A stretch of DNA of 64,000 bases from an uncultured Erysipelotrichaceae bacterium (GTDB taxonomy: Bacteria > Bacillota_I > Bacilli_A > RF39 > UBA660), in assembly GCA_963535465.1 (NCBI GenBank), contig CAUSWF010000003.1, forward strand, positions 38,112 to 102,111. The letters are read 5' to 3'. Position numbers and translations under genes: made by a program. The notes under the pieces are model-generated. The model was given only the letters and a program-made list of their open reading frames with translations, did no database searches and was not told the DNA's origin. The first letter of the stretch is position 1. Every line of letters starts with the position of its first letter. This document shows positions 54,473 through 63,563 of this stretch, one piece after another.

Positions 54473-55855
54473 TTAAACACCTCCTATACTATTTTTTAAT
54501 TCATCTATAATTTTAGCTAAATCTTTATTTATTTTTATCTCTTTATCAATCTTATCAACAGAATGCATAACAGTAGAATGGTCTTTACCACCAAATTCCA
54601 TTCCTATAGTAGGAAATGATTTATCAGTCATACATCTACATAAATACATTGCTACTTGCCTAGGAAATGCTATACTACTACTCCTCTTCTTACTTCTAAT
54701 ATCATCAAATGATATTTGAAAATAATCAGATACTATTTTTTGTATTCTCTGTATATCATCTTTTTGACTAAATCCTTTTTTAACATAATCTTTTAAAGCT
54801 TCTTGAGCAAGTGCTAAATTAATTGGAGCACCACCCATAACTGTAGAATATACACAAAGTCTGTTAATAGAACCTTCCAATTCTCTTACATTAGAACCTA
54901 TATTAGAAGCAATGAAATCAATAACTTCATCAGGTATAGGAATATCTTTATCCAATTCAGCACCTTTTATTTTACTTTTTAAAATATCTCTCCTTAAATC
55001 AAATCCAGGAGGATTAATAGGAATAGGCAATCCCCAAGAAAATCTTGTCTGTAATCTTTCTTCTAAAACCTTCAAATCATTCGGTGATCTATCAGAAGTA
55101 ATTACTATTTGTTTACTATTATCATATAAATTAGTAAAAGTATTAAAAAACTCTTGTTGAGATTGATTAGCTTTACCCAAAGCTTGGATATCATCTATCA
55201 TTAAAATATCTACATCTCTATATTTTTTCTTAAAAAAATCAATATAAGTAAAATTATTAGAATCGCCTGATTTTCTATGTGTTTTAACAAAATCATCAAT
55301 AAATTGTTCACTAGTAACATATAAAACTCTTTTATTGCTATTTTTAAATATATAATTACCAATTGCATGCATCAAATGAGTCTTCCCTAACCCACTATTA
55401 CCATATATAAATAGTGGATTGTATATTGTTCCAGGACTTTTTGCAACAGTCTTCGCTGCATTTTCAGCAAATTTATTTTGTTGTCCTACAACGAAATTTT
55501 CAAAAGTATAATCTTTGTTCAAATTAGTTGATTCATAAGAATATTCTTTTTTTTCCTCAACTTCATTATTATCAACTTTTAAAGTATTATGTATTTTCTC
55601 AGCTTCTAGTTCTTCTTGTAAATAATATTCTAAAGTATAAATATTTCCAGTTAGTGATTTTAATATATCAATAATAGTATTATTATACCTATCTTTTAAA
55701 GCATTTTTTTGTGATTGCATTTCAACTTGTATTATTAATACATCACCATTTTCCTTAATGAATTTAGTTTTTTCAAACCAATATCCATATAAAGCGGGAC
55801 TGGTAGTTTCTTTTATTTGTTCCAACATTTTAGTCCAAACAATATTCATATCCAT
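54473..55855 (-). CDS. dnaA: Chromosomal replication initiator DnaA
   Basis: 460 aa. AAA+ Walker A GNSGLGKTHL and box VII present. C-terminal DnaA signature region (FGGKDHSTVMHS). Confidence 0.97.
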   Translation of the reverse strand: MDMNIVWTKMLEQIKETTSPALYGYWFEKTKFIKENGDVLIIQVEMQSQKNALKDRYNNTIIDILKSLTGNIYTLEYYLQEELEAEKIHNTLKVDNNEVEEKKEYSYESTNLNKDYTFENFVVGQQNKFAENAAKTVAKSPGTIYNPLFIYGNSGLGKTHLMHAIGNYIFKNSNKRVLYVTSEQFIDDFVKTHRKSGDSNNFTYIDFFKKKYRDVDILMIDDIQALGKANQSQQEFFNTFTNLYDNSKQIVITSDRSPNDLKVLEERLQTRFSWGLPIPINPPGFDLRRDILKSKIKGAELDKDIPIPDEVIDFIASNIGSNVRELEGSINRLCVYSTVMGGAPINLALAQEALKDYVKKGFSQKDDIQRIQKIVSDYFQISFDDIRSKKRSSSIAFPRQVAMYLCRCMTDKSFPTIGMEFGGKDHSTVMHSVDKIDKEIKINKDLAKIIDELKNSIGGV

Positions 55856-55939
55856 TCTACCATCACCGCCCTTTTGATATAAGAATTACCCCTATTCTAC
55901 CCCAAACTTTTAAATAAATAAATACTTTTTTTAAGAAAA

Positions 55940-56160
55940 AAAATATTCCACAAAAAAAATCAAAGTTATCAACAACAACTTCGTTGATATATAAAGAAAA
56001 AATTAACTTTTCCACATTTTCCACAAATTTTTGTTTCAACATGTAATTGTTGACAGTTATATCAACATGTGGAAACTGTTAATAAATATTATTTTTCTTA
56101 AAATTTCTATATATAATAAAGAATAGTTACTAACAATATCTGTGGAAAATAATAATATTC
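55940..56160. promoter_or_regulatory. oriC main DnaA-box cluster with AT-rich unwinding region, upstream of dnaA
   Basis: TTATCAACA at 55966-55974. Two abutting TTTTCCACA boxes at 56008-56025. ATGTGGAAA at 56067-56075 and TGTGGAAAA at 56141-56149 on the opposite strand. AT-rich tracts lie between them. Confidence 0.65.
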
Positions 56161-56170
56161 ATAATATTTA

Positions 56171-56200
56171 TTGACAAAACTCTAATATTTTACTTATAAT
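56171..56200 (+). promoter_or_regulatory. Sigma-A promoter of rpmH-rnpA
   Basis: TTGACA at 56171-56176, 18-nt spacer, TATAAT at 56195-56200. Confidence 0.5.
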
Positions 56201-56232
56201 AGAGTAGATTTTATGTCTGGAGGTGGAGAAAC

Positions 56233-56355
56233 ATGAAAAGAACATATCAACCAAATAAGCGTAAGAGAGCAAAAGTTTTAGGATTTTTTGCACGCAAAAA
56301 AACAAATATATTAAATCGTCGTCGTCGTAAAGGACGCAAGAGACTTTGCAAATAA
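56233..56355 (+). CDS. rpmH: 50S ribosomal protein L34
   Basis: 40 aa ([24 protein letters not shown]...[12 protein letters not shown]). Missing from the ORF track because it is below the length cutoff. GGAGG RBS present. Confidence 0.9.
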   Translation: MKRTYQPNKRKRAKVLGFFARKKTNILNRRRRKGRKRLCK

Positions 56356-56405
56356 AATACTACTGTTTTAATCCAGTGGTTTTTTACTATAAAAATAGGT
56401 GAAGC

Positions 56406-56747
56406 ATGAAAAAATTATACATAGTTAAAACAACAAGAGATTTTGAAAGAATTATTGCGAAAAAAGATAGTTATGCTAATAAAACATACGTAATATATAA
56501 AGAAAAAAACAATTTACAATATGATAGATTTGGTATATCTGTTGGAAAAAAAATAGGAAATGCAGTAACAAGAAATCTATATAAAAGAAGAATTAGAATG
56601 ATAATAGATACTTATAGAAAAGAAAAAAACAATAAAAATGATTATATAGTAATCTTAAGAGGAAATGCTAAAACCAGTGATTTCAAGAGACTTAGTGATG
56701 ACTTCATATCGTTAATGAAAAAGATAGAGGTAGACAATGAAAAATAA
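56406..56747 (+). CDS. rnpA: Ribonuclease P protein component
   Basis: 113-aa basic protein following rpmH. Confidence 0.9.
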   Translation: MKKLYIVKTTRDFERIIAKKDSYANKTYVIYKEKNNLQYDRFGISVGKKIGNAVTRNLYKRRIRMIIDTYRKEKNNKNDYIVILRGNAKTSDFKRLSDDFISLMKKIEVDNEK

Positions 56748-57648
56748 AAAACTAAAAATACTAATAATATTAGGACTTATAGTATTAACAACAACAGGAT
56801 GTACAAAAATACTAACAGATTCCAATAAAAAACAAGTAAAAAATGATGTAACAGGTCAAGTATTAACACAAAATATATTATGTAAACCAAAAGATAAAAA
56901 TTCAATAAAAAAATACATAAAAAATAAAGTAGATATAAATAAATTACCAGAATGTACAAAAATGAAAATAAATGATGGTAAATATGAAGGACTATGGACT
57001 GATTTATTAGTAAAACCATCAGCATTTATACTAATTAAAATAGGAATGATAGTAAAAAATTATGGATTATCATTAATAATAGTAGGTATATTAATAAGAT
57101 TATTAACACTACCATTAACAATAAAAGCAACTAAAAACGCTGAAATAATGAAAAAATTACAACCAGAAATGCTTAAAATAAGAACAAAATACGAAGGAAA
57201 AACAGATCAAGAATCTATAATGAAACAAAATCAAGAAATGATGATGTTATATCAAAAATATAATTTTAATCCTTTAAGTGGAATATTTGGATCATTTATA
57301 AATTTACCTATTTTCTTTGCATTCTTAGAAGCAGTACAAAGAACACCAGCAATATTTGAAGATAAATTTTTAGGCTTTCAATTAGGAACAACTCCATCAG
57401 TAGGATTAACAACACCATTTTGGTTCTTATATGTATTATTAGTTATATTAATTGGATTTACAACATATATATCATTTAAGAGTGCAGGATTAAATACATC
57501 AGATGAATCCACAAAAAATATGCCAAAAATATTCACAGGTATGATTATGTTAACAGGTTTATTCATGCCTTCTGCATTAGCACTATATTGGATAACATCA
57601 AATTTATTTGTAATTATACAATCAAGAATATTGAAGAAAGGTGAGTAA
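56737..57648 (+). CDS. yidC: Membrane protein insertase YidC (lipoprotein type)
   Basis: Lipobox LTTTGC, five transmembrane helices and the Firmicute YidC/SpoIIIJ core. Confidence 0.9.
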   Translation: MKNKKLKILIILGLIVLTTTGCTKILTDSNKKQVKNDVTGQVLTQNILCKPKDKNSIKKYIKNKVDINKLPECTKMKINDGKYEGLWTDLLVKPSAFILIKIGMIVKNYGLSLIIVGILIRLLTLPLTIKATKNAEIMKKLQPEMLKIRTKYEGKTDQESIMKQNQEMMMLYQKYNFNPLSGIFGSFINLPIFFAFLEAVQRTPAIFEDKFLGFQLGTTPSVGLTTPFWFLYVLLVILIGFTTYISFKSAGLNTSDESTKNMPKIFTGMIMLTGLFMPSALALYWITSNLFVIIQSRILKKGE

Positions 57649-58270
57649 TATGGAAAAACAAAAATTTATTGGAAAAACTTATGAAGAAGCAGTAAATAAT
57701 GCAATGATAAGTTTACAAGAAAGCGAAGAAAATTTAATAATTAAAAAATTATCAGAAGAAAAGGGTGGATTATTTAAAGCTTCTAAAGTAGAAATTGAAG
57801 TAATTGAAAAGAGAAATATATTGCCAGAAATAAAAAATTATATAGTTAATATTTTAAAATTATCAGGTTTTACAGTTAATATAGAAGTTAAAAATAAAGA
57901 AACAATTCCTACATTAACAATTTACTCAGATAATGATTCATTAATTATAGGTAGAAATGGTAAAAATTTACAAGCTCTATCAATAATAACAAATCAATAT
58001 ATTCAAAAGTTAATTGGTAAATCATATAAATTTATATTAGATGTAAATTCTTATAAAGAAAAAAGAGATGAACATTTAGAAAATTTAGCAAGAAAAATTG
58101 CAAGAGAAGTAGCAAAAACAAAAATAGAAGTTAAAATGGACTCAATGAATTCATATGAAAGAAGAGTAATACATAATGCTTTAACAAATAATAAAAAAGT
58201 ATATACTGAATCTGTAGGTGAAGAACCAAATAGATGTGTAGTAGTAAAACCAAAGAAAATAGAAGAATAA
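57641..58270 (+). CDS. khpB: Jag/KhpB RNA-binding protein (Jag_N, KH and R3H domains)
   Basis: 209 aa. R3H domain (SMNSYERRVIHNAL). Conserved position after yidC. Confidence 0.85.
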   Translation: MSNMEKQKFIGKTYEEAVNNAMISLQESEENLIIKKLSEEKGGLFKASKVEIEVIEKRNILPEIKNYIVNILKLSGFTVNIEVKNKETIPTLTIYSDNDSLIIGRNGKNLQALSIITNQYIQKLIGKSYKFILDVNSYKEKRDEHLENLARKIAREVAKTKIEVKMDSMNSYERRVIHNALTNNKKVYTESVGEEPNRCVVVKPKKIEE

Positions 58271-58273
58271 AAT

Positions 58274-58299
58274 ACCTCACATAATGAGGTGTTTTTTTT
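58274..58299 (+). terminator. rho-independent terminator after khpB
   Basis: ACCTCAcataaTGAGGT followed by TTTTTTTT. An extended -10 TGATATAAT (58309-58317) for mnmE follows. Confidence 0.6.
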
Positions 58300-58341
58300 A
58301 AAAAAAAATGATATAATATCGTAGAAAAAAGAGGAGGACTT

Positions 58342-59688
58342 ATGAATGATACTATAGTAGCAATTTCTACATCTTTAGGAGTAGGAGCAATATCAATAAT
58401 AAGATTAAGTGGAAAAGACTCAATAGAAATAGTTAATTCCTGCTTTAAAGGCAAAGACTTAAGAAAAGTAGATACTCATACAATAAATTATGGATATATT
58501 ATTTATAATAATGAAATCATAGATGAAGTACTAGTATCCGTTATGAGAGCTCCAAAAACATATACAACAGAAGATATAGTAGAAATAAATTGTCATGGAG
58601 GTATAACTTCAACAAATAAAATCCTAGAAATAATGCAACTAGAAGGTTGTAGACTTGCAGAACCAGGAGAATTTACCAAAAGAGCATTCTTAAATGGAAG
58701 AATAGATTTATTAGAAAGTGAATCCATTATGGATATGATAAACAGTAAAAGTGAAGAAGCAAGAAAATTAAGTATGAATGGTATCACTGGACATATTTCA
58801 AATAAAATAGAAAGTTTTAGAGAAAAATTAAAAAAAGTTTTATCGCAAATAGAGGTTAATATAGATTATCCAGAATATTATGATATAGAAGTAATAACAG
58901 AAGAAAAAATTAAAAATATAATAAAAAAATTAAAAGAAAAATTAATAGATTTAGTAAAAGATTCAGAAAATGGTATAACTATTAAAAATGGCATAAAGAC
59001 AGTTATAGTAGGAAGACCTAACGTAGGAAAATCATCAATTTTAAATAAACTATTAAAAGAAGAAAAAGCAATAGTTACTGATATAGAAGGAACAACTAGA
59101 GATACAGTAGAAGGGGAAATACTATTAGATGGAATTTTACTTAATATAATAGATACAGCTGGAATAAGAAAAACGGAAGATAAAGTAGAAAAAATAGGTG
59201 TGGAAAAGTCTTTATCTAAAATAGAAGAAGCAGACTTAGTAATATTAGTTATAAACGGAAGTGAAGAGTTGACTGAAACAGATAAAGAATTATTAGAAGA
59301 AACAAAAGACAAAACGAGAATTATAGTTATAAATAAGAATGATTTAAAAAATAAAGTAAATTTAAATAATAATAATATAGTATATACAAATACCCTAACA
59401 GATGAAGGAATTTTAACACTAGTAGAAAAAATTAAAGAATTATTTAATTTAGAACAAATAAAAACTAAAGACTATACATATTTATCAAACACTAGACAAA
59501 TAACACTAGCCAAACAAGCATTAAAAAATTTATTAGATGCAGAAAAAGGAATAGAAGAAAACTTACCAGTAGATATGGTAGAAATTGATTTAAAAAATTG
59601 TTTTGAAAATTTAGGTGAAATAATAGGTAAAAATTATAGTAATGAAATTATCGATAATTTATTCAAAAATTTTTGCGTAGGAAAATAG
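58342..59688 (+). CDS. mnmE: tRNA modification GTPase MnmE
   Basis: 448 aa. G-domain GRPNVGKSS and DTAG motifs, and the C-terminal CxGK motif (FCVGK). Confidence 0.95.
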   Translation: MNDTIVAISTSLGVGAISIIRLSGKDSIEIVNSCFKGKDLRKVDTHTINYGYIIYNNEIIDEVLVSVMRAPKTYTTEDIVEINCHGGITSTNKILEIMQLEGCRLAEPGEFTKRAFLNGRIDLLESESIMDMINSKSEEARKLSMNGITGHISNKIESFREKLKKVLSQIEVNIDYPEYYDIEVITEEKIKNIIKKLKEKLIDLVKDSENGITIKNGIKTVIVGRPNVGKSSILNKLLKEEKAIVTDIEGTTRDTVEGEILLDGILLNIIDTAGIRKTEDKVEKIGVEKSLSKIEEADLVILVINGSEELTETDKELLEETKDKTRIIVINKNDLKNKVNLNNNNIVYTNTLTDEGILTLVEKIKELFNLEQIKTKDYTYLSNTRQITLAKQALKNLLDAEKGIEENLPVDMVEIDLKNCFENLGEIIGKNYSNEIIDNLFKNFCVGK

Positions 59689-59700
59689 AAGGAGAATAAA

Positions 59701-61581
59701 ATGAAATATGAAATAATAGTAGTAGGAGGGGGTCATGCAGGATGCGAAGCATCACTTGCTTCTGCTAGAATGGGACATAAAACTTTACTAATAACTGGAA
59801 ATATAAAAAATATAGCAGACATGCCGTGTAATCCTTCTATAGGAGGACCTGCTAAAGGAGTAGTAGTTAGAGAAATAGATGCCTTAGGAGGAGAAATGGG
59901 GAGAAATGCTGATAAGGCATGTCTTCAAATTAAATTATTAAATACTAAAAAAGGGCCAGCTGTATGGGCATTAAGATCACAAGCAGATAAAATAATTTAT
60001 CCACAAGAAATGTTGAAAACTATTAATTCCACACAAAACTTAGAAGTAAAAGAAGGAATGGTAGAAGATTTAGTAGTAAAAAACAACAAAATTAAAGGAA
60101 TAATCCTATCAACAGGAGATTTAATAGAAGCTGATGCTGTAATACTTACAACAGGAACTTATTTAAAAGGAGCAATATTAGTAGGAGATAGTAAAACTCC
60201 AGGAGGACCACACGGAGAAAAAGAATCAAAATTCTTATCTAATAAATTAAAAGAATTAGGATTTAACATATTAAGATTAAAAACAGGAACACCACCAAGA
60301 ATAGACATAAATACAATAGATTTTTCAAAAACAACTATAGAAACTGGTGATGATAAGCCACTAACTTTTTCATTTGACAACAAAATTTACTATGATTATA
60401 AAAATCAAATACCATGCCATTTAATTTATACAAATGAAAAAACTCATCAATTAATACAAGACAATCTAGATAAATCTAGTATGTATAGCGGATTAGTAGA
60501 AGGAATAGGACCAAGATATTGTCCATCTATAGAAGATAAGGTAGTAAGATTTCAAGATAAAGAAAGACACCAATTATTCTTGGAACCAGAAAGTAAAATT
60601 ATAGATGATAAAACATATGGAAATACAATATATCTTCAAGGTTTTTCAACTTCTATGCCACATGATGTACAAGAAGAAATGGTACATTCATTAAAAGGAT
60701 TAGAAAATGCAAAAATATTAAAATATGCATATGCAATAGAATATGATGCCATAGATTCAAAACAATTAAAACAAACACTAGAAACAAAATTAGTAGAAAA
60801 TTTGTATACAGCTGGACAAATTAATGGAACAAGTGGATACGAAGAAGCAGCAGGTCAAGGATTATTAGCTGGTATAAATGCTTCACTAAAATTATCAGGA
60901 AAAGAACCCCTAATACTGAAAAGAAATGAATCATATATAGGAGTTCTAATAGATGATTTAGTAACTAAAGGTGTAAAAGATCCATATAGATTATTAACAT
61001 CACGTGCAGAATATCGTCTTCTTCTAAGAAATGATAACGCAGATTTGAGATTAAGAGAATACGGACATTTGGTAGGATTATTAGATGATGAAAGATATAA
61101 AAAATTTAAAACTAAAAAAGAAAATATTAAAAAATTAGAAGAAATTTTAAAAAATAATAGAATAACTCCTAAAAAAGAGATAAATGAATACTTAGAAAGT
61201 ATAAATACATCAAAATTACAAGATGGAATATCTTTATATGAATTATTAAAAAGACCAGAAATAAAAATAGACTCATTAACAAAATTTATAGATATCCCAT
61301 ATGATAAAGAAGTAAAAGAACAATTAGAAATACAAGCTAAATATGAAGGATATATTAAAAAAGAGGAAAGATTAGCAGAAAGGATGCTAGAACTAGAACA
61401 ACTTAAAATAAGAGAAAATATAGATTATAATAAAGTTGATAACTTAGCCAGTGAAGCAAGACAAAAACTGATTGAAATAATGCCAACAACTATAGGTCAG
61501 GCATCTCGTATATCGGGAGTTAATCCAGCTGATATTTCAATATTAACAGTATATTTAAGGAGGCATCCATCTCATGACTAA
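59701..61581 (+). CDS. mnmG: tRNA uridine 5-carboxymethylaminomethyl modification enzyme MnmG
   Basis: 626 aa. FAD motif VVGGGHAGCEA. Confidence 0.95.
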   Translation: MKYEIIVVGGGHAGCEASLASARMGHKTLLITGNIKNIADMPCNPSIGGPAKGVVVREIDALGGEMGRNADKACLQIKLLNTKKGPAVWALRSQADKIIYPQEMLKTINSTQNLEVKEGMVEDLVVKNNKIKGIILSTGDLIEADAVILTTGTYLKGAILVGDSKTPGGPHGEKESKFLSNKLKELGFNILRLKTGTPPRIDINTIDFSKTTIETGDDKPLTFSFDNKIYYDYKNQIPCHLIYTNEKTHQLIQDNLDKSSMYSGLVEGIGPRYCPSIEDKVVRFQDKERHQLFLEPESKIIDDKTYGNTIYLQGFSTSMPHDVQEEMVHSLKGLENAKILKYAYAIEYDAIDSKQLKQTLETKLVENLYTAGQINGTSGYEEAAGQGLLAGINASLKLSGKEPLILKRNESYIGVLIDDLVTKGVKDPYRLLTSRAEYRLLLRNDNADLRLREYGHLVGLLDDERYKKFKTKKENIKKLEEILKNNRITPKKEINEYLESINTSKLQDGISLYELLKRPEIKIDSLTKFIDIPYDKEVKEQLEIQAKYEGYIKKEERLAERMLELEQLKIRENIDYNKVDNLASEARQKLIEIMPTTIGQASRISGVNPADISILTVYLRRHPSHD

Positions 61582-62209
61582 TGAAGAGTTTATTTTTGAA
61601 CTAGAAAAATTAGGTATAGAAGTAAATAATGAAAAATTAGATAAATTAGAAAAATTTTATAATCTATTAATAGAGTGGAATAATAAAATAAATTTAACTA
61701 GAATAACTTCAAAACAAGATGTATATCTAAAACATTTCTATGATAGTTTAACACTAATAAAAGTAATAGACTTAAATAAAATATCTACACTTTGTGATGT
61801 TGGAACAGGAGCAGGATTTCCTGGGATAGTCCTAAAAATATTTTATCCAAATCTAAATATAACCTTAGTTGATTCTTTATTAAAAAGAGTAAAATATCTA
61901 AATACAGTAATAAAAGAACTAGACTTAGAAAATATAGTCGCAATTCATAGTAGAGCAGAAGATATAAAAGAAAAATATGATATCGTAACCGCAAGAGCAG
62001 TTGCTAATATAGAAAAATTATTAACGTATACAATGCATCTATTAAAAAAAGATGGTAAATTAATTGCTATGAAAGGCAACATAGAAGACGAAATGACTAA
62101 AGAGGTACAAGAAAAAATTTCTAAAAAATATAATATTGAAAATATATTAAGATTTTATTTACCAAAAGAAAATTCTAACAGATCTTTAGTAATAATAAAA
62201 AACAAATAA
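61574..62209 (+). CDS. rsmG: 16S rRNA (guanine527-N7)-methyltransferase
   Basis: 211 aa. DVGTGAGFPG SAM motif. Confidence 0.9.
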   Translation: MTNEEFIFELEKLGIEVNNEKLDKLEKFYNLLIEWNNKINLTRITSKQDVYLKHFYDSLTLIKVIDLNKISTLCDVGTGAGFPGIVLKIFYPNLNITLVDSLLKRVKYLNTVIKELDLENIVAIHSRAEDIKEKYDIVTARAVANIEKLLTYTMHLLKKDGKLIAMKGNIEDEMTKEVQEKISKKYNIENILRFYLPKENSNRSLVIIKNK

Positions 62210-62228
62210 ACTCCAACAGGAGTTTTTT
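62210..62228 (+). terminator. terminator after rsmG
   Basis: ACTCCaacaGGAGT followed by TTTTTT. Confidence 0.5.
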
Positions 62229-62264
62229 AAATGTAAATAAATTAACGTAAAGATAAATAAAATA

Positions 62265-62293
62265 TTGAAAGTATAAAAGCAATGTTCTATAAT
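62265..62293 (+). promoter_or_regulatory. Consensus sigma-A promoter of the noc-like gene
   Basis: TTGAAA, 17-nt spacer, TATAAT. Located 33 nt upstream of the start codon. Confidence 0.5.
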
Positions 62294-62325
62294 TAAGTAT
62301 AAGATAGAAAAGAATGGGGTAAAAT

Positions 62326-63477
62326 ATGAATGAAGTAAGAGATGAAATAACACAATTATATTTAGATGACATAATACCTAATAGATTTCAACCACGTGAA
62401 ATATTTGATGAAAAAGCATTAAAAGAATTAGCAGCATCTATAAAAGAACATGGTGTTATTCAACCAATTATAGTAAGAAATATAGGCGGGAAATATGAAA
62501 TTATCGCAGGAGAAAGAAGATATAAAGCAAGTGCCTTAGCAGGACTTACTAAAATACCAGCTATAATTAGAAATTTAGATGATAAAGAATCATCAAAAGT
62601 AGCCCTATTAGAAAACTTACAAAGAAAAGATTTAAATGCAATAGAAGAAGCAAGAACTTATCAAAAAATATTAGAACTAGATGAAATGACTCAAGAAGAA
62701 CTAGCAAAAACGATGGGTAAGAGTCAATCCGCAGTAGCTAATAAAATAAGATTATTATCTTTACCTGATGAAATTCAAACTGCACTTCTAAAAGAACAAA
62801 TATCAGAGCGTCATGCAAGATCACTATTAAATATTCCAAATTCAGCAGAACAAATTGAAATGTTGAAAAAAATAATAACTAACAAACTAAGTGTGAGACA
62901 ATTGGAGGCAGAATTGAAAGCAAAAGAAGAACCAAAAGAAATAGCATCATCAGCACAAATAAATACTAATCCATTAACACCAGATGCAAATCTATTAACA
63001 TCTTCTAATCCATTTGGAGAAATCAAAATAGCTCCTCCAACTGAAAATGAAGAAATAGAACCAATCGATTTTTCATCTGAAGAAGATGATGAAGAAGAAA
63101 ACGACGAAAAATTTAATGATATTTCTATCCCATCAATTGACGAAGTAAAAGCAAATACAGAAGATGTTGGAACACAAAATAATTTTAATCTAGATAGTTT
63201 ATTAAATATAAACACATTAAATCAACATAAAACAACTGCAGAAAAAATCATAGAAAATGATGACGAAAAACATAATGTAGTAGAAGAAAATTATTTTCAA
63301 AGTCCAGATTTTACAGTTATTCCAACGCCTAAAGAAGAACCAGTTTATACATTAGAAACAGGAAAAGAAAAATTATTAGAAGTAATAAACGAATTAAAAT
63401 CTAAAGGTTTAAGAATAGATGTTCAACAAATGGACTTAACAAATACATTCCAAATAATAATAAAACTAGAAAAGTAA
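62326..63477 (+). CDS. noc: ParB-family CTPase paralog at the noc position, with Noc-type specificity residues, no N-terminal membrane-targeting segment and a long acidic disordered C-terminal tail
   Basis: ParB N-domain motifs (IPNRFQPR, GERRYKA). HTH helix GKSQSAVANKIRLLSLP...ERHAR. At the four recognition positions 0, +6, +11 and +28 it has Q, K, S, R. As I recall the B. subtilis sequences, Noc has Q, K, K, R and Spo0J has R, H, T, G. The C-terminal 180 aa are low-complexity and acidic (SSEEDDEEENDE). Gene order is rsmG-noc-soj. Confidence 0.75.
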   Translation: MNEVRDEITQLYLDDIIPNRFQPREIFDEKALKELAASIKEHGVIQPIIVRNIGGKYEIIAGERRYKASALAGLTKIPAIIRNLDDKESSKVALLENLQRKDLNAIEEARTYQKILELDEMTQEELAKTMGKSQSAVANKIRLLSLPDEIQTALLKEQISERHARSLLNIPNSAEQIEMLKKIITNKLSVRQLEAELKAKEEPKEIASSAQINTNPLTPDANLLTSSNPFGEIKIAPPTENEEIEPIDFSSEEDDEEENDEKFNDISIPSIDEVKANTEDVGTQNNFNLDSLLNINTLNQHKTTAEKIIENDDEKHNVVEENYFQSPDFTVIPTPKEEPVYTLETGKEKLLEVINELKSKGLRIDVQQMDLTNTFQIIIKLEK

Positions 63478-63563
63478 AATATTTCTAGTTTTTCTTTCTT
63501 ATAAGTACAAAAATATCTAATAATTTGATACAATAATAAAGAAATAAGAAAATAGGTGAGAAA

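Noticed and set aside
56777-57025. Minus-strand 82-aa Leu/Ile/Tyr-rich ORF inside yidC
   Set aside because: Antisense artefact of AT-rich sequence.
58593-59312. Minus-strand ORFs inside mnmE (58593-58787, 58878-59312) and the 58131-58454 ORF
   Set aside because: Antisense to well-supported genes. Serine- and Ile-rich low-complexity translations.
62811-63215. 134-aa minus-strand ORF inside the noc-like gene
   Set aside because: Antisense to the acidic tail region. Ser-rich because it is the complement of the GAA/GAT repeats.
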